Assembly (NCBI GenBank): GCA_015065105.1
Contig: SVQZ01000001.1
Location: 40,996 to 104,995, forward strand
Reading direction: 5' to 3'
DNA length: 64,000 nucleotides
DNA from: Oscillospiraceae bacterium
GTDB taxonomy: Bacteria > Bacillota > Clostridia > Oscillospirales > CAG-272
Shown: one piece after another, positions 1 to 7,848 of the stretch
Layout: each line of letters opens with the position of its first letter
How positions within the stretch are numbered: the first letter of the stretch is position 1
Position numbers and translations under genes: made by a program
The notes under the pieces: generated by a model
Databases searched by the model: none
Told to the model about the DNA's origin: nothing
The model's input: only the letters and a program-made list of their open reading frames with translations

Positions 1-2
1 CA

Positions 3-506
3 GAATGGTGGAAGCAGCTTTACGGTGAAAGCGAAGGTAAGGATGGCAAGGGTATTCTTCCCGATTCTGTTATCTATTCAACAGATCTTCATTCACTCGG
101 TCAGATAGTACAGGAGGGCGAAAGAAACATCTTTGAAACGGTTGTTGATATCAAGTCATCCAAGAACGAGGTGATCATACCCTTCGATGCAGAGGATCTT
201 GATGAGCTAAACTATATTGCGGGTAAGACAATGCATGAGGTCAACCGTACCGCCACCGAGGCTACCGTTCTTGCTCATACCAGCGGTCTCGTTCCCAATA
301 TCGTTTTAGAGCTTGACGGCAGAAGCGAAGCTGACTTCGGTTATATGGTTTACTTCTTCGAGCTTGCTTGTGCTGTTTCCGGATATACTCTCGGAATCAA
401 TCCCTTCGACCAGCCCGGTGTTGAGGCATACAAAAATAATATGTTTGCACTTTTGGGTAAGAAGGGTGAAAAGTTCGACGAGATTCGTGCACAGTTGAAA
501 AAGTAA
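3..506 (+). CDS. pgi: glucose-6-phosphate isomerase, C-terminal part (5'-truncated by window)
   Basis: Frame open from window start: [17 protein letters not shown]...STDLHSLGQ...[13 protein letters not shown], the PGI signature motifs. Confidence 0.96.
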   Translation, partial: EWWKQLYGESEGKDGKGILPDSVIYSTDLHSLGQIVQEGERNIFETVVDIKSSKNEVIIPFDAEDLDELNYIAGKTMHEVNRTATEATVLAHTSGLVPNIVLELDGRSEADFGYMVYFFELACAVSGYTLGINPFDQPGVEAYKNNMFALLGKKGEKFDEIRAQLKK

Positions 507-542
507 TAATTTAAATAATATAAATATACGGAGGTATAAAAA

Positions 543-953
543 ATGTTAAAATTTATTGTTGGCTTAAAGGGCGCAGGAAAAACAAAGGAAATCGTTGCAT
601 TGGCAAACGAGGCTTGTGAGGTTTCCAACGGTTCTGTAGTTTTCATCGAAAAGGGCAACAAGCTTATGCATGAGGTTACCCATAAGGTGCGTCTTGTAGA
701 TACAAAGGAATTCGATATCAATGATGCTGCTTGTCTTTACGGTATGGTTGCCGGTATGCTCGCAAGTAACCGTGATATCACTCATATATATATTGACTCC
801 GCTCTTAAGATCTGTAACAATGACGTTGAGATGCTTACTGTATTGGCTGAAAAGCTCAATGATCTCAGCGAAAAGCACAATATCACAATAGTTGCTACAA
901 ATTCTATCGATAAGGCAGATCTTCCCGAAGCAACTCAAAAATACGTTTATTAA
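543..953 (+). CDS. small conserved clostridial protein with N-terminal P-loop-like motif
   Basis: GGAGG RBS; GLKGAGKT Walker-A-like motif and IYIDS strand; only 136 aa. Confidence 0.75.
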   Translation: MLKFIVGLKGAGKTKEIVALANEACEVSNGSVVFIEKGNKLMHEVTHKVRLVDTKEFDINDAACLYGMVAGMLASNRDITHIYIDSALKICNNDVEMLTVLAEKLNDLSEKHNITIVATNSIDKADLPEATQKYVY

Positions 954-964
954 TAATCAAGTAA

Positions 965-986
965 AAGCCGTCCTTCGGGACGGCTT
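965..986. terminator. hairpin after the pgi-orf543 unit; copy 1 of the duplicated target
   Basis: AAGCCGTCC-TTCG-GGACGGCTT perfect stem with UUCG loop. Confidence 0.75.
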
Positions 987-1260
987 CAGACTGTCGAAAA
1001 AGTCGGTCGGACGTGTGAAAGTAATTATTAATTAAGTACCACTCTCCGTCATACCGATATAAGATATTAAGAATTACCACTCCCAATAAAGCGCAATAAG
1101 CATTCAAACGCGGTGTAAACATTGAGTTTACACCGCGTTTTCACACTTTTCCGCGAAAAGCCTCTCTACCTTACATAGTAAGCCTACGGAGACTTTTCAC
1201 GAAAACCTAAGCTTTCTTTTTCGAAGTCAGCAGCTTGTCGATAATTTTATCGACAAGCTG
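987..1260. mobile_element. MITE-like non-autonomous element inserted at a terminator (IS1182-like behaviour), flanked by a 22-bp direct repeat
   Basis: AAGCCGTCCTTCGGGACGGCTT at 965-986 and 1261-1282; ends CAGACTGTCGAAAAA / TTTTATCGACAAGCTG form imperfect terminal inverted repeats; no transposase ORF. Confidence 0.7.
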
Positions 1261-1284
1261 AAGCCGTCCTTCGGGACGGCTTTT
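1261..1284 (+). terminator. intrinsic terminator; copy 2 of the duplicated target
   Basis: Identical hairpin followed by a T-run. Confidence 0.75.
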
Positions 1285-1285
1285 A

Positions 1286-1311
1286 ACCTTTTAATCTTCT
1301 TTGCATATTAT
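1286..1311 (+). promoter_or_regulatory. putative sigma-K (mother-cell) promoter
   Basis: AC(1286)-N16-CATATTAT(1304) fits the AC-N16-CATA---T consensus, upstream of a Cys-rich gene. Confidence 0.4.
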
Positions 1312-1354
1312 GTTACAGAAGACAAATGTCTTATTAACATGAGGAGGAATAGCC

Positions 1355-2188
1355 ATGGCTGAAAATAGAAATACCGGTACCTCTCACGGTAATTGTAACG
1401 AAAACGTTTGTATCGACTGTAACAGAATACTTGACAGCTGCCGTGATAAGGACTGCTTTGAAAACGTCAGAGTATATCTGAGCACCTTCGGACAGGATAT
1501 TATTGAAAAAACGTCAAATATAAGAGTTAAAAAAACTAAGGTAGTATGGACATATCTCGGTTTGGAGCCTGTACAGTTCAACAGAGGGTTCTATTCGATA
1601 AACGTACGGTTTTATACGAAGATCACCTTCGAAGCTTGTATTGCACCCGGTAAGGTACAGGAATTCGAAGGTATTTGCGTTACCGAAAAACGCGTTATCC
1701 TTTACGGAAGTGAGGGCAACGTTAACATATTTAAATGTGAATCGGGCGAGCAGTGCTTCTGTAAATGTCCCGGAAGCGATATGCAATACACAAACGCACC
1801 AACCGTTGTATGTGAGGTTACCGATCCCATTGCTCTCGGTGTAAAGGTAGCAAAGGATGAGATAAACTGCTGTAACTGCTGTTGTTCTGTTGAGGATATA
1901 CCCAAAAGAGTTTGCGATTGTCTTGACTGCAGTCTCTGTGAGGACGATTTTGACATGAAGAAGCTTTATATTTCTCTTGGATTTTTCTCTGTTATAAGAA
2001 TAGAAAGACCTGCCCAGTATATGATCAGCGCAAGAGAATATACCGTACCCGAAAAGGTATGTGTTGAAACAAACGAAGAGGATCCGTGCTCTACCTTTGC
2101 AAAGATGAGTTTTCCGATAAATGAATTTTATCCGCCCTCCTACCGTGACCTTAGCGGCGGTATAGGATGCGGTTGTACAAACAAATAA
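1355..2188 (+). CDS. cysteine-rich protein, probable spore coat/exosporium component
   Basis: GAGGAGG RBS; many Cys clusters (CIDCNRILDSCRDKDC, CCNCCC); sigK-like promoter. Confidence 0.6.
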   Translation: MAENRNTGTSHGNCNENVCIDCNRILDSCRDKDCFENVRVYLSTFGQDIIEKTSNIRVKKTKVVWTYLGLEPVQFNRGFYSINVRFYTKITFEACIAPGKVQEFEGICVTEKRVILYGSEGNVNIFKCESGEQCFCKCPGSDMQYTNAPTVVCEVTDPIALGVKVAKDEINCCNCCCSVEDIPKRVCDCLDCSLCEDDFDMKKLYISLGFFSVIRIERPAQYMISAREYTVPEKVCVETNEEDPCSTFAKMSFPINEFYPPSYRDLSGGIGCGCTNK

Positions 2189-2260
2189 CGCGATTCAATA
2201 TTAGCTTTGACGGCGCAAGCGGTTCGTATAAAACGGTAAATAAAGCCTTATAGTACGATA

Positions 2261-2290
2261 AAAACGGTGTGATTTATATTCACACCGTTT
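2261..2290. terminator. bidirectional intrinsic terminator
   Basis: AAACGGTGTGA...TCACACCGTTT stem between convergent genes. Confidence 0.75.
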
Positions 2291-2298
2291 GTTTATTT

Positions 2299-2377
2299 AT
2301 AGGAAACAGCTCCACTTCATGTGAGCTGTTTACATCAAGGAACGGAGCGTGATTCGACTCGCCCGGCGTCGCATTTT
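2299..2377 (+). repeat. divergent member of the terminator-docked repeat family
   Basis: Starts ATAGGAAACAGCTCCACTTC (cf. ATAGGAAATTGCTCCACTTC at 33226); ends GCCCGGCGTCGCATTTT. Confidence 0.55.
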
Positions 2378-2394
2378 AACACTGTAATATACTG

Positions 2395-3171
2395 TTATTT
2401 AAGGTTTTGACGCATTATTTCAAAGGCAAGGATCGATGCTGCGCTCGCGGCGGAAAGTGCATTGTTAAATTCACCCTTATAGTCGAGACGAACGATTTTA
2501 TCGGCTTTTGAAAGCAGAGCGGACGTAATACCTCTTTTTTCACCGCCGACAATGAGAAATAACGGATATTTAAGCTCTGTCTCATATACGGAAACGGAGT
2601 TTTTTATATCCGAGCAAATTACCGAATAGCCTTTATTTCTAAATATGTTAACGGCATTTGAACCGTCGCAGATATAGATATCGGTTACTTCACTTGCGCC
2701 TGCGGATGCTCTGCAAACCACACCTGCGGCACTCATCCAGTTACGGGGTGATAAAATTATACCGTCTGCACCTGCGGCATAAAGACTTCTGAGAGCATAA
2801 CCGAAGTTATAGGGGTCCTCGATTCCCTCGATCATCACGTAGAAGCCGTTTTCTTTGAGCTTTGTTTCGTTTGTAAGCTGTGGTATGGTGCGTTCGCTTG
2901 CTTCACATATAAGTCCGCCGTGGCTGTTTCCTAAGGTGAGGGAATCGAGCTCTTCGTCGGGTATTACTTCAATGGTGTAGCCTAAATCATAGGAGCGGGC
3001 TTTGATATAAGAAAGCTCCTTTCCTCTTTTTGAGGTTTTACTTTCGCTTACATATACCTTTGTTATCTTTCTGTCCGAAACAGCTTTATCCTGTGCGTTT
3101 ATAAGGGATCTTATAGATACCATTCCCTCGAATATATTGCTTTTTATAAATTTACTTTCTTCTTTTTTCAT
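2395..3171 (-). CDS. TrmH/SpoU family RNA 2'-O-methyltransferase
   Basis: IEDPYNFG..LRS, GGEKRGI and LSAASAASI SPOUT motifs; likely ATG at 3171 overlapping the ppx stop (ATGA). Confidence 0.9.
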   Translation of the reverse strand: MKKEESKFIKSNIFEGMVSIRSLINAQDKAVSDRKITKVYVSESKTSKRGKELSYIKARSYDLGYTIEVIPDEELDSLTLGNSHGGLICEASERTIPQLTNETKLKENGFYVMIEGIEDPYNFGYALRSLYAAGADGIILSPRNWMSAAGVVCRASAGASEVTDIYICDGSNAVNIFRNKGYSVICSDIKNSVSVYETELKYPLFLIVGGEKRGITSALLSKADKIVRLDYKGEFNNALSAASAASILAFEIMRQNLK

Positions 3172-4064
3172 CTTTCTTCCTCTTTTTCGAGTATGCGGTA
3201 GATATAACCCGAACGTATTCCGTCCTTTGATATATATATCTTTTCGGGACTGACTATATCTGCTACGGTCAACAGCGCACACATACCCGGCAGTATCGTT
3301 TCTACTCTTGCGGGAATATGCTCCTCCAGGAGCCTTATCTTATCCTCTGAAGGATCTCTGAAGAATTCGTAAAGACTGCGAAAGCCTTCCTTGGTGAAAT
3401 GGCCGTTATATTCAAAGCCGCATTTCAAAGCAAGCTTTTCTATTGCCGTTCCCGTTCCGCCGATAATGCATAGCGTATCGGACGATCTTATCCAAGGATA
3501 AGCTCCAAGCTCTTTTCTGATAAAGCTGTCGATCTTGTTTTCCTCTGATAAAGAAGGGAATCTACTCTTAACAAATTTCTTTTTCAACCAAAGACACCCG
3601 AATTTAAAGGAATTGAGCTCAATGGGATGAGAATCTTCATAGGATAGAATTTCGGTACTGCCGCCGCCCATATCAGCCATAATACCTTGAGTATAAGAAG
3701 AGGTATTTTTGATGAATCCTTTAAAGCTTAGGAGCGCTTCATCCCTGCCCGGGATAAGATCGATATATATATCCGTTAATTGCTTTACATTTTCTTTTAT
3801 TTCATCGAGATTAGACGCCTTACGAAGGCTTTCTGTGGCAAAGCAGAAGGGAAGAGTGTTGTATGCTTTGCATTCCGATTTAAAGTGACTGAGGGTTTCA
3901 CAGAGCAGAATGATATCCTCCTTTGGTAATACCCCCTCCTTTATTCTCGCTATTATACCTAATTGTCTTGAAACAAAGCCTTTTGAGACAAGCTTATTTT
4001 CGATATATTCGAATATTTCACATTTTACGGTATTTGAGCCTATATCTATTACCGAATAATACAT
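3168..4064 (-). CDS. ppx: Ppx/GppA family exopolyphosphatase
   Basis: IDIGSNTVK, ATESLRKA, DMGGGSTE and GIRSG motifs of the ASKHA Ppx/GppA family. Confidence 0.88.
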   Translation of the reverse strand: MYYSVIDIGSNTVKCEIFEYIENKLVSKGFVSRQLGIIARIKEGVLPKEDIILLCETLSHFKSECKAYNTLPFCFATESLRKASNLDEIKENVKQLTDIYIDLIPGRDEALLSFKGFIKNTSSYTQGIMADMGGGSTEILSYEDSHPIELNSFKFGCLWLKKKFVKSRFPSLSEENKIDSFIRKELGAYPWIRSSDTLCIIGGTGTAIEKLALKCGFEYNGHFTKEGFRSLYEFFRDPSEDKIRLLEEHIPARVETILPGMCALLTVADIVSPEKIYISKDGIRSGYIYRILEKEEER

Positions 4065-4089
4065 AATATTTATTACCTTTACATATATT
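4062..4089 (+). promoter_or_regulatory. putative sigma-E promoter of sigK
   Basis: CATAAT(4062)...CATATATT(4082) resembles sigE -35/-10; overlaps the ppx start codon on the opposite strand. Confidence 0.5.
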
Positions 4090-4102
4090 TATAAAAATTC
4101 GT

Positions 4103-4795
4103 ATGGAGTTGATTGTTTTGTTTGATGCCGTGTTTAATGCGATATTGAATTTCGTCGGACTTTTTCTGCGTGTTTCCCATAGCGACAGCTTTCCTCCCCC
4201 TTTGTCAGCAGAAGAGGAAAAGAGATATTTTGAACTATCTGCCTCAGGGGACAATAAGGCGCGTGAGAAACTTATTGAGCATAATCTCCGTCTTGTTGCA
4301 CATATAGTGAAGAAATATTATACTACAGTAAAAAATCCCGAGGATATTATGTCCATAGGAACGATAGGTCTTATAAAGGCTATTGATTCCTTTAATCCGA
4401 AAAACGGAGCAAGATTTGCTACGTATGCGGGAAAATGTGTTCAGAACGAGATATTGATGCATTTCAGAAGCCGTAAGAAGCTGCAGAACGAGGTATCCAT
4501 AAACGAGGCTATCGATATGGATAAGGACGGAAATCCCCTGACATATATAGACGTTATATCCTGCGAGGATACGATAGCCGATGATATTCATAATAAAATG
4601 TATTGCGAAAAGGCTTTACATATTTTAAATGAAAAGCTGACCGAAAGGGAAAAGCAGATAATTGTTTTAAGGTACGGTCTTTCAAATACAAGCGCCAAGA
4701 CGCAAAGAGAAATAGGAAAAATGCTCGGCATATCGCGTTCCTACGTTTCGCGTATAGAAAAGGCGGCGCTTGAAAAGATAAGAGAAAGCTTATAG
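4103..4795 (+). CDS. sigK: sporulation sigma factor SigK (pro-form, uninterrupted)
   Basis: Hydrophobic pro-sequence then SFPPPLS; LIEHNLRLVAHIVKKY; SIGTIGLIKAI; DKDGN; TQREI..LGISRSYVSRIEK. True start may be TTG 4118 after GGAG. Confidence 0.93.
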   Translation: MELIVLFDAVFNAILNFVGLFLRVSHSDSFPPPLSAEEEKRYFELSASGDNKAREKLIEHNLRLVAHIVKKYYTTVKNPEDIMSIGTIGLIKAIDSFNPKNGARFATYAGKCVQNEILMHFRSRKKLQNEVSINEAIDMDKDGNPLTYIDVISCEDTIADDIHNKMYCEKALHILNEKLTEREKQIIVLRYGLSNTSAKTQREIGKMLGISRSYVSRIEKAALEKIRESL

Positions 4796-6127
4796 GATAT
4801 CCTTAAGCTCAAGGGCTCTTTTTATAAGAGCCTCTCTTTCGTTTTCCAAGCTTTTATCAACTACCTCCTCAAGAAGCTTGTTTAATATCTTACCTATGAT
4901 CTTATTGCGCGGTAAGCCGAGAGCCAAAAGGTCATTTCCGTTAATTTTCAGCTTGTTTAAATGAAAGCATTCGTTTTGTCCGTTTATTTTAACGGCAAGA
5001 CGCTCAAGCTCGGATATTCTTTCCAATCTTTGCTCTATCTGCCCGGGCGCCTGTGCCAATGCGTCGGCTCTGTTGATCTTAAATAAAAGTCTTGCTCTCG
5101 GATAGCCGATTTTAAAGATAAGCCTTCGGACCGATTTTTCGGTCGTCGGTATTACCGAATCGTGATGATACACGAGGGTCGATACCTCATCTGTGAAGCT
5201 GTTACTCGCTTTAAGACGCTTTAATACCTTTTTGGCTATATCCGAGCTTATTTTATAATGTCCGTAGAAGTGTCCTCCTTTTTCGTCCTCTGTGTAGCAA
5301 TGAGGCTTTCCCGTATCGTGTAAAAACATTACCCAGCGCAGTATCGGCTCCGCTTCAATTGCACCGAGAGAAACGCAGGTGTGCTTATAAACGTCATAAA
5401 TATGGTGGGGGTTGTTTTGTTCAAAGCCTATCATGGGGACAAGCTCGGGAATGAATACCTCAAACACCTCGTGAAATTCTTCAAGAACGTATTTTGCGTT
5501 TTTGCCGCATAAAAGCTTTGTGAATTCGGTAAATATACGCTCGGCACTTATATTATTAAGAAGATGCTTCAGTGTGCGTATAGCCTTTTCTGTGCTTTCC
5601 TCGATATCAAATCCGAGTACAGAAGCGAAACGCAGAGCTCTTAATATTCGTAATGCATCCTCCGAAAAACGCTCTTCTGCATCGCCTACAGTTCTTATTA
5701 CTTTGTTTTTTATATCAGATATACCGTTGTGATGATCTATATATCCCTCCTTTGGGCTGTAAGCAATAGCGTTGATGGTAAAATCACGGCGGCAGGTATC
5801 CTCGAAAAGCGAATCGGTGAAGGAAACCGAATCGGGATGTCGGTTATCCTTATATTCACTGTCGATACGGAAGGTGGTTATTTCAACCTTTTCCTCCATT
5901 ATAACCGTTATTGTTCCGTGCTTCATTCCGAAATCAAGACAAGTATGATCCTTAAAGCATTCGGCTATTTCGACGGGGAGCGCGTTTGTTGTAACGTCAT
6001 AGTCATTTGCATCTTTTCCCATCAAAGAATCGCGCACACAGCCTCCGACCGCGTACGCCTTATATCCCTTTGAATTTAATATATCTATAGTTTTTCTGAT
6101 ATAATCAGGCAGGAACAACGTTATCAC
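4790..6127 (-). CDS. cca: CCA tRNA nucleotidyltransferase with HD domain
   Basis: AVGGCVRD..DYDVTT, RRDFTINA, EDALRILRALRF, LHDTGKP. Confidence 0.92.
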   Translation of the reverse strand: MITLFLPDYIRKTIDILNSKGYKAYAVGGCVRDSLMGKDANDYDVTTNALPVEIAECFKDHTCLDFGMKHGTITVIMEEKVEITTFRIDSEYKDNRHPDSVSFTDSLFEDTCRRDFTINAIAYSPKEGYIDHHNGISDIKNKVIRTVGDAEERFSEDALRILRALRFASVLGFDIEESTEKAIRTLKHLLNNISAERIFTEFTKLLCGKNAKYVLEEFHEVFEVFIPELVPMIGFEQNNPHHIYDVYKHTCVSLGAIEAEPILRWVMFLHDTGKPHCYTEDEKGGHFYGHYKISSDIAKKVLKRLKASNSFTDEVSTLVYHHDSVIPTTEKSVRRLIFKIGYPRARLLFKINRADALAQAPGQIEQRLERISELERLAVKINGQNECFHLNKLKINGNDLLALGLPRNKIIGKILNKLLEEVVDKSLENEREALIKRALELKDIL

Positions 6128-6139
6128 CTCGTTTTATTG

Positions 6140-6168
6140 ATTATATCATAAATCAGCCCAAGCTTCAA
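6140..6168 (-). promoter_or_regulatory. sigma-A promoter of cca
   Basis: Minus strand TTGAAG-N17-TATAAT with extended TG. Confidence 0.7.
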
Positions 6169-6249
6169 TACTTCAAATTAATAAATTGTATTGATTATTC
6201 TGTTTTTCTGTGGTAATATAATAATATAAACAATTTTAAGGAGATCTGT

Positions 6250-6420
6250 ATGAAAAAGATAATATCACTCATTCTCTGCGCTTTATTGCTTTTTCTTACC
6301 GTATTATTTGCAGTTTCCTGCGGTGATGACGGAAATGACAGTGCCTCGGGAGATGCGCTTGATTATGAATATGACGAAGAAGCAAGCGCTTCAGGTGACG
6401 TTTCAGGTAATGCAGAATAA
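6250..6420 (+). CDS. small acidic lipoprotein (56 aa; absent from the ORF track)
   Basis: AAGGAG RBS; MKKIISLILCALLLFLTVLFAVSC lipoprotein signal, then GDDGNDSASGDALDYEYDEEASASGDVSGNAE; own terminator at ~6419-6443. Confidence 0.75.
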   Translation: MKKIISLILCALLLFLTVLFAVSCGDDGNDSASGDALDYEYDEEASASGDVSGNAE

Positions 6421-6453
6421 GGCGGAGAAATATCTCCGCTTTATATTTTTGTC

Positions 6454-6482
6454 TTGAAATTTATATTATTTTGTGTTATAAT
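6454..6482 (+). promoter_or_regulatory. sigma-A promoter for the riboswitch leader
   Basis: TTGAAA-N17-TATAAT with TG extension. Confidence 0.7.
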
Positions 6483-6487
6483 CGCTA

Positions 6488-6660
6488 ACGTACCGTAATG
6501 GAAGCAGGTGAGAATCCTGCACGGGCACGCCGCCGTGAGGTGCGGGGTAAATTACCTAATATATATTTCTTCTATCCGATGCCGCAGTTCGGAGAAATGC
6601 CATTGTTTTTAATAATGAGAAGGCGGAGGAATATGCACCGAGTCGAAATACTTTACGCTA
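6488..6660 (+). ncRNA. cobalamin riboswitch
   Basis: GGAAGCAGGTGAGAATCCTGCACGG..CGCCGCCGTGA core; GCCCATTG...GAGAAGGC; GAGTCGAAATAC B12-box-like; upstream of ECF-type transporter genes. Confidence 0.85.
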
Positions 6661-6725
6661 CAAAAGCTTACATATGTCTGCGAGCGCCTGACGTAAGAAA
6701 TTTAATTATACAGGAGAAAACAAAA

Positions 6726-7208
6726 ATGAATAAGACAATGCTTCAAAAGCTTTTGTCCTGCATTCTTTGTATCGTGCTTATTGCGGCTATGGCACTTGTT
6801 ACAAGCTCATGTACGGGCAATACAGAAAAGAAGAACGGGGATAAAGACAACGTTGAGAGCCCCGAGCTTTCGTTACCCTCGGGCGAAGGTGATTTCGATG
6901 ACAATATCATCGGTGAGGGTGAAAAGGATTTCAAGTTTTCCGCAACTGACCTTAAAGGCAACGTGTTCAGATATCATATCTATACAGATGCTGAAACCGT
7001 AGGCGAAGCTCTGCAGGATGCAGGTCTTGTCGAAGGCGAAGAGGGAGCTTACGGGCTTTACGTAAAGACCGTTTGCGGAATCACCGCAGATTATGATAAG
7101 ACCAAGACCTATTGGAAATTCTGTATAGCCGGAGAGGAATCGCTAACCGGGGTCGATTCTACTGATATCGAATCGGGTCAGACATATAATTTCGTAGAAA
7201 GTAAATAG
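6726..7208 (+). CDS. DUF4430-type (transcobalamin-like) lipoprotein, probable B12-binding
   Basis: AGGAG RBS before ATG 6726; lipobox VTSSC; YGLYVKTVCG..YWKF....E.SLTGVD motif; under a B12 riboswitch. Confidence 0.78.
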   Translation: MNKTMLQKLLSCILCIVLIAAMALVTSSCTGNTEKKNGDKDNVESPELSLPSGEGDFDDNIIGEGEKDFKFSATDLKGNVFRYHIYTDAETVGEALQDAGLVEGEEGAYGLYVKTVCGITADYDKTKTYWKFCIAGEESLTGVDSTDIESGQTYNFVESK

Positions 7209-7210
7209 CT

Positions 7211-7723
7211 TTGAAAAGAAGAATTAAGGACATAACGGTGTTCGGTATGCTCGGAGCTTTAATGTACGTCTCCCAGCTCATTCTTTCCGCATTACCGAAC
7301 ATTCATTTAACAGGTGTACTTATTGTTGCTGCAACCGTGGTTTACCGTAAAAAAGCACTATACCCCATATACGTTTACGTATTTATAATGGGGCTTTTCA
7401 ACGGCTTTGCGCTTTGGTGGCTTCCGTATCTTTATATATGGACGGTTTTATGGGCATTTGCAATGCTGATCCCGAAAAGAATACCCGATAAAGCGGCGCC
7501 CTTTGTATATATGGCGGTCTGCTCGCTTCACGGATTCCTTTACGGAACTCTCTACGCACCTTCCCATGCACTTATATACGGCCTTGATTTTAACGGTATG
7601 CTTTCATACATAGCATTGGGGATACCTTATGACGTAATACACGGTATAAGTAATCTTTTATGCGGAATACTTATTTATCCGATAGTAAAAATACTTCTTA
7701 AATGCGAGGAGTTGTCGGCATAA
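7211..7723 (+). CDS. ECF transporter S component, CbrT-like (cobalamin)
   Basis: Hydrophobic 170 aa; LPNIHLT and GIPYDVIHGISN motifs; riboswitch context. Confidence 0.78.
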   Translation: MKRRIKDITVFGMLGALMYVSQLILSALPNIHLTGVLIVAATVVYRKKALYPIYVYVFIMGLFNGFALWWLPYLYIWTVLWAFAMLIPKRIPDKAAPFVYMAVCSLHGFLYGTLYAPSHALIYGLDFNGMLSYIALGIPYDVIHGISNLLCGILIYPIVKILLKCEELSA

Positions 7724-7727
7724 CCTT

Positions 7728-7767
7728 AGGACAAAAGCGAAATTTATCGCTTTTGTCCTTGTTTTTT
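7728..7767 (+). terminator. intrinsic terminator
   Basis: AGGACAAAAGCGA...TCGCTTTTGTCCT plus T-tract. Confidence 0.8.
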
Positions 7768-7848
7768 GTTTAAAGACTATTGACAAACTGTTAACAATGT
7801 AGTATCATATAATATATATTTTTATTTTTTAACGAAGGGAAATTTTTT

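Noticed and set aside
904-1122. 72-aa ORF inside the MITE-like element as a transposase remnant
   Set aside because: No DDE or HUH motifs, and it runs out of the element into the upstream gene
4103-4795. skin-like element interrupting sigK
   Set aside because: The reading frame is continuous through regions 2-4 and no recombinase is adjacent
6498-6725. N-terminal extension of the DUF4430 ORF (and similarly metK 12070-12126)
   Set aside because: These overlap riboswitch leaders; the true starts have their own RBS downstream
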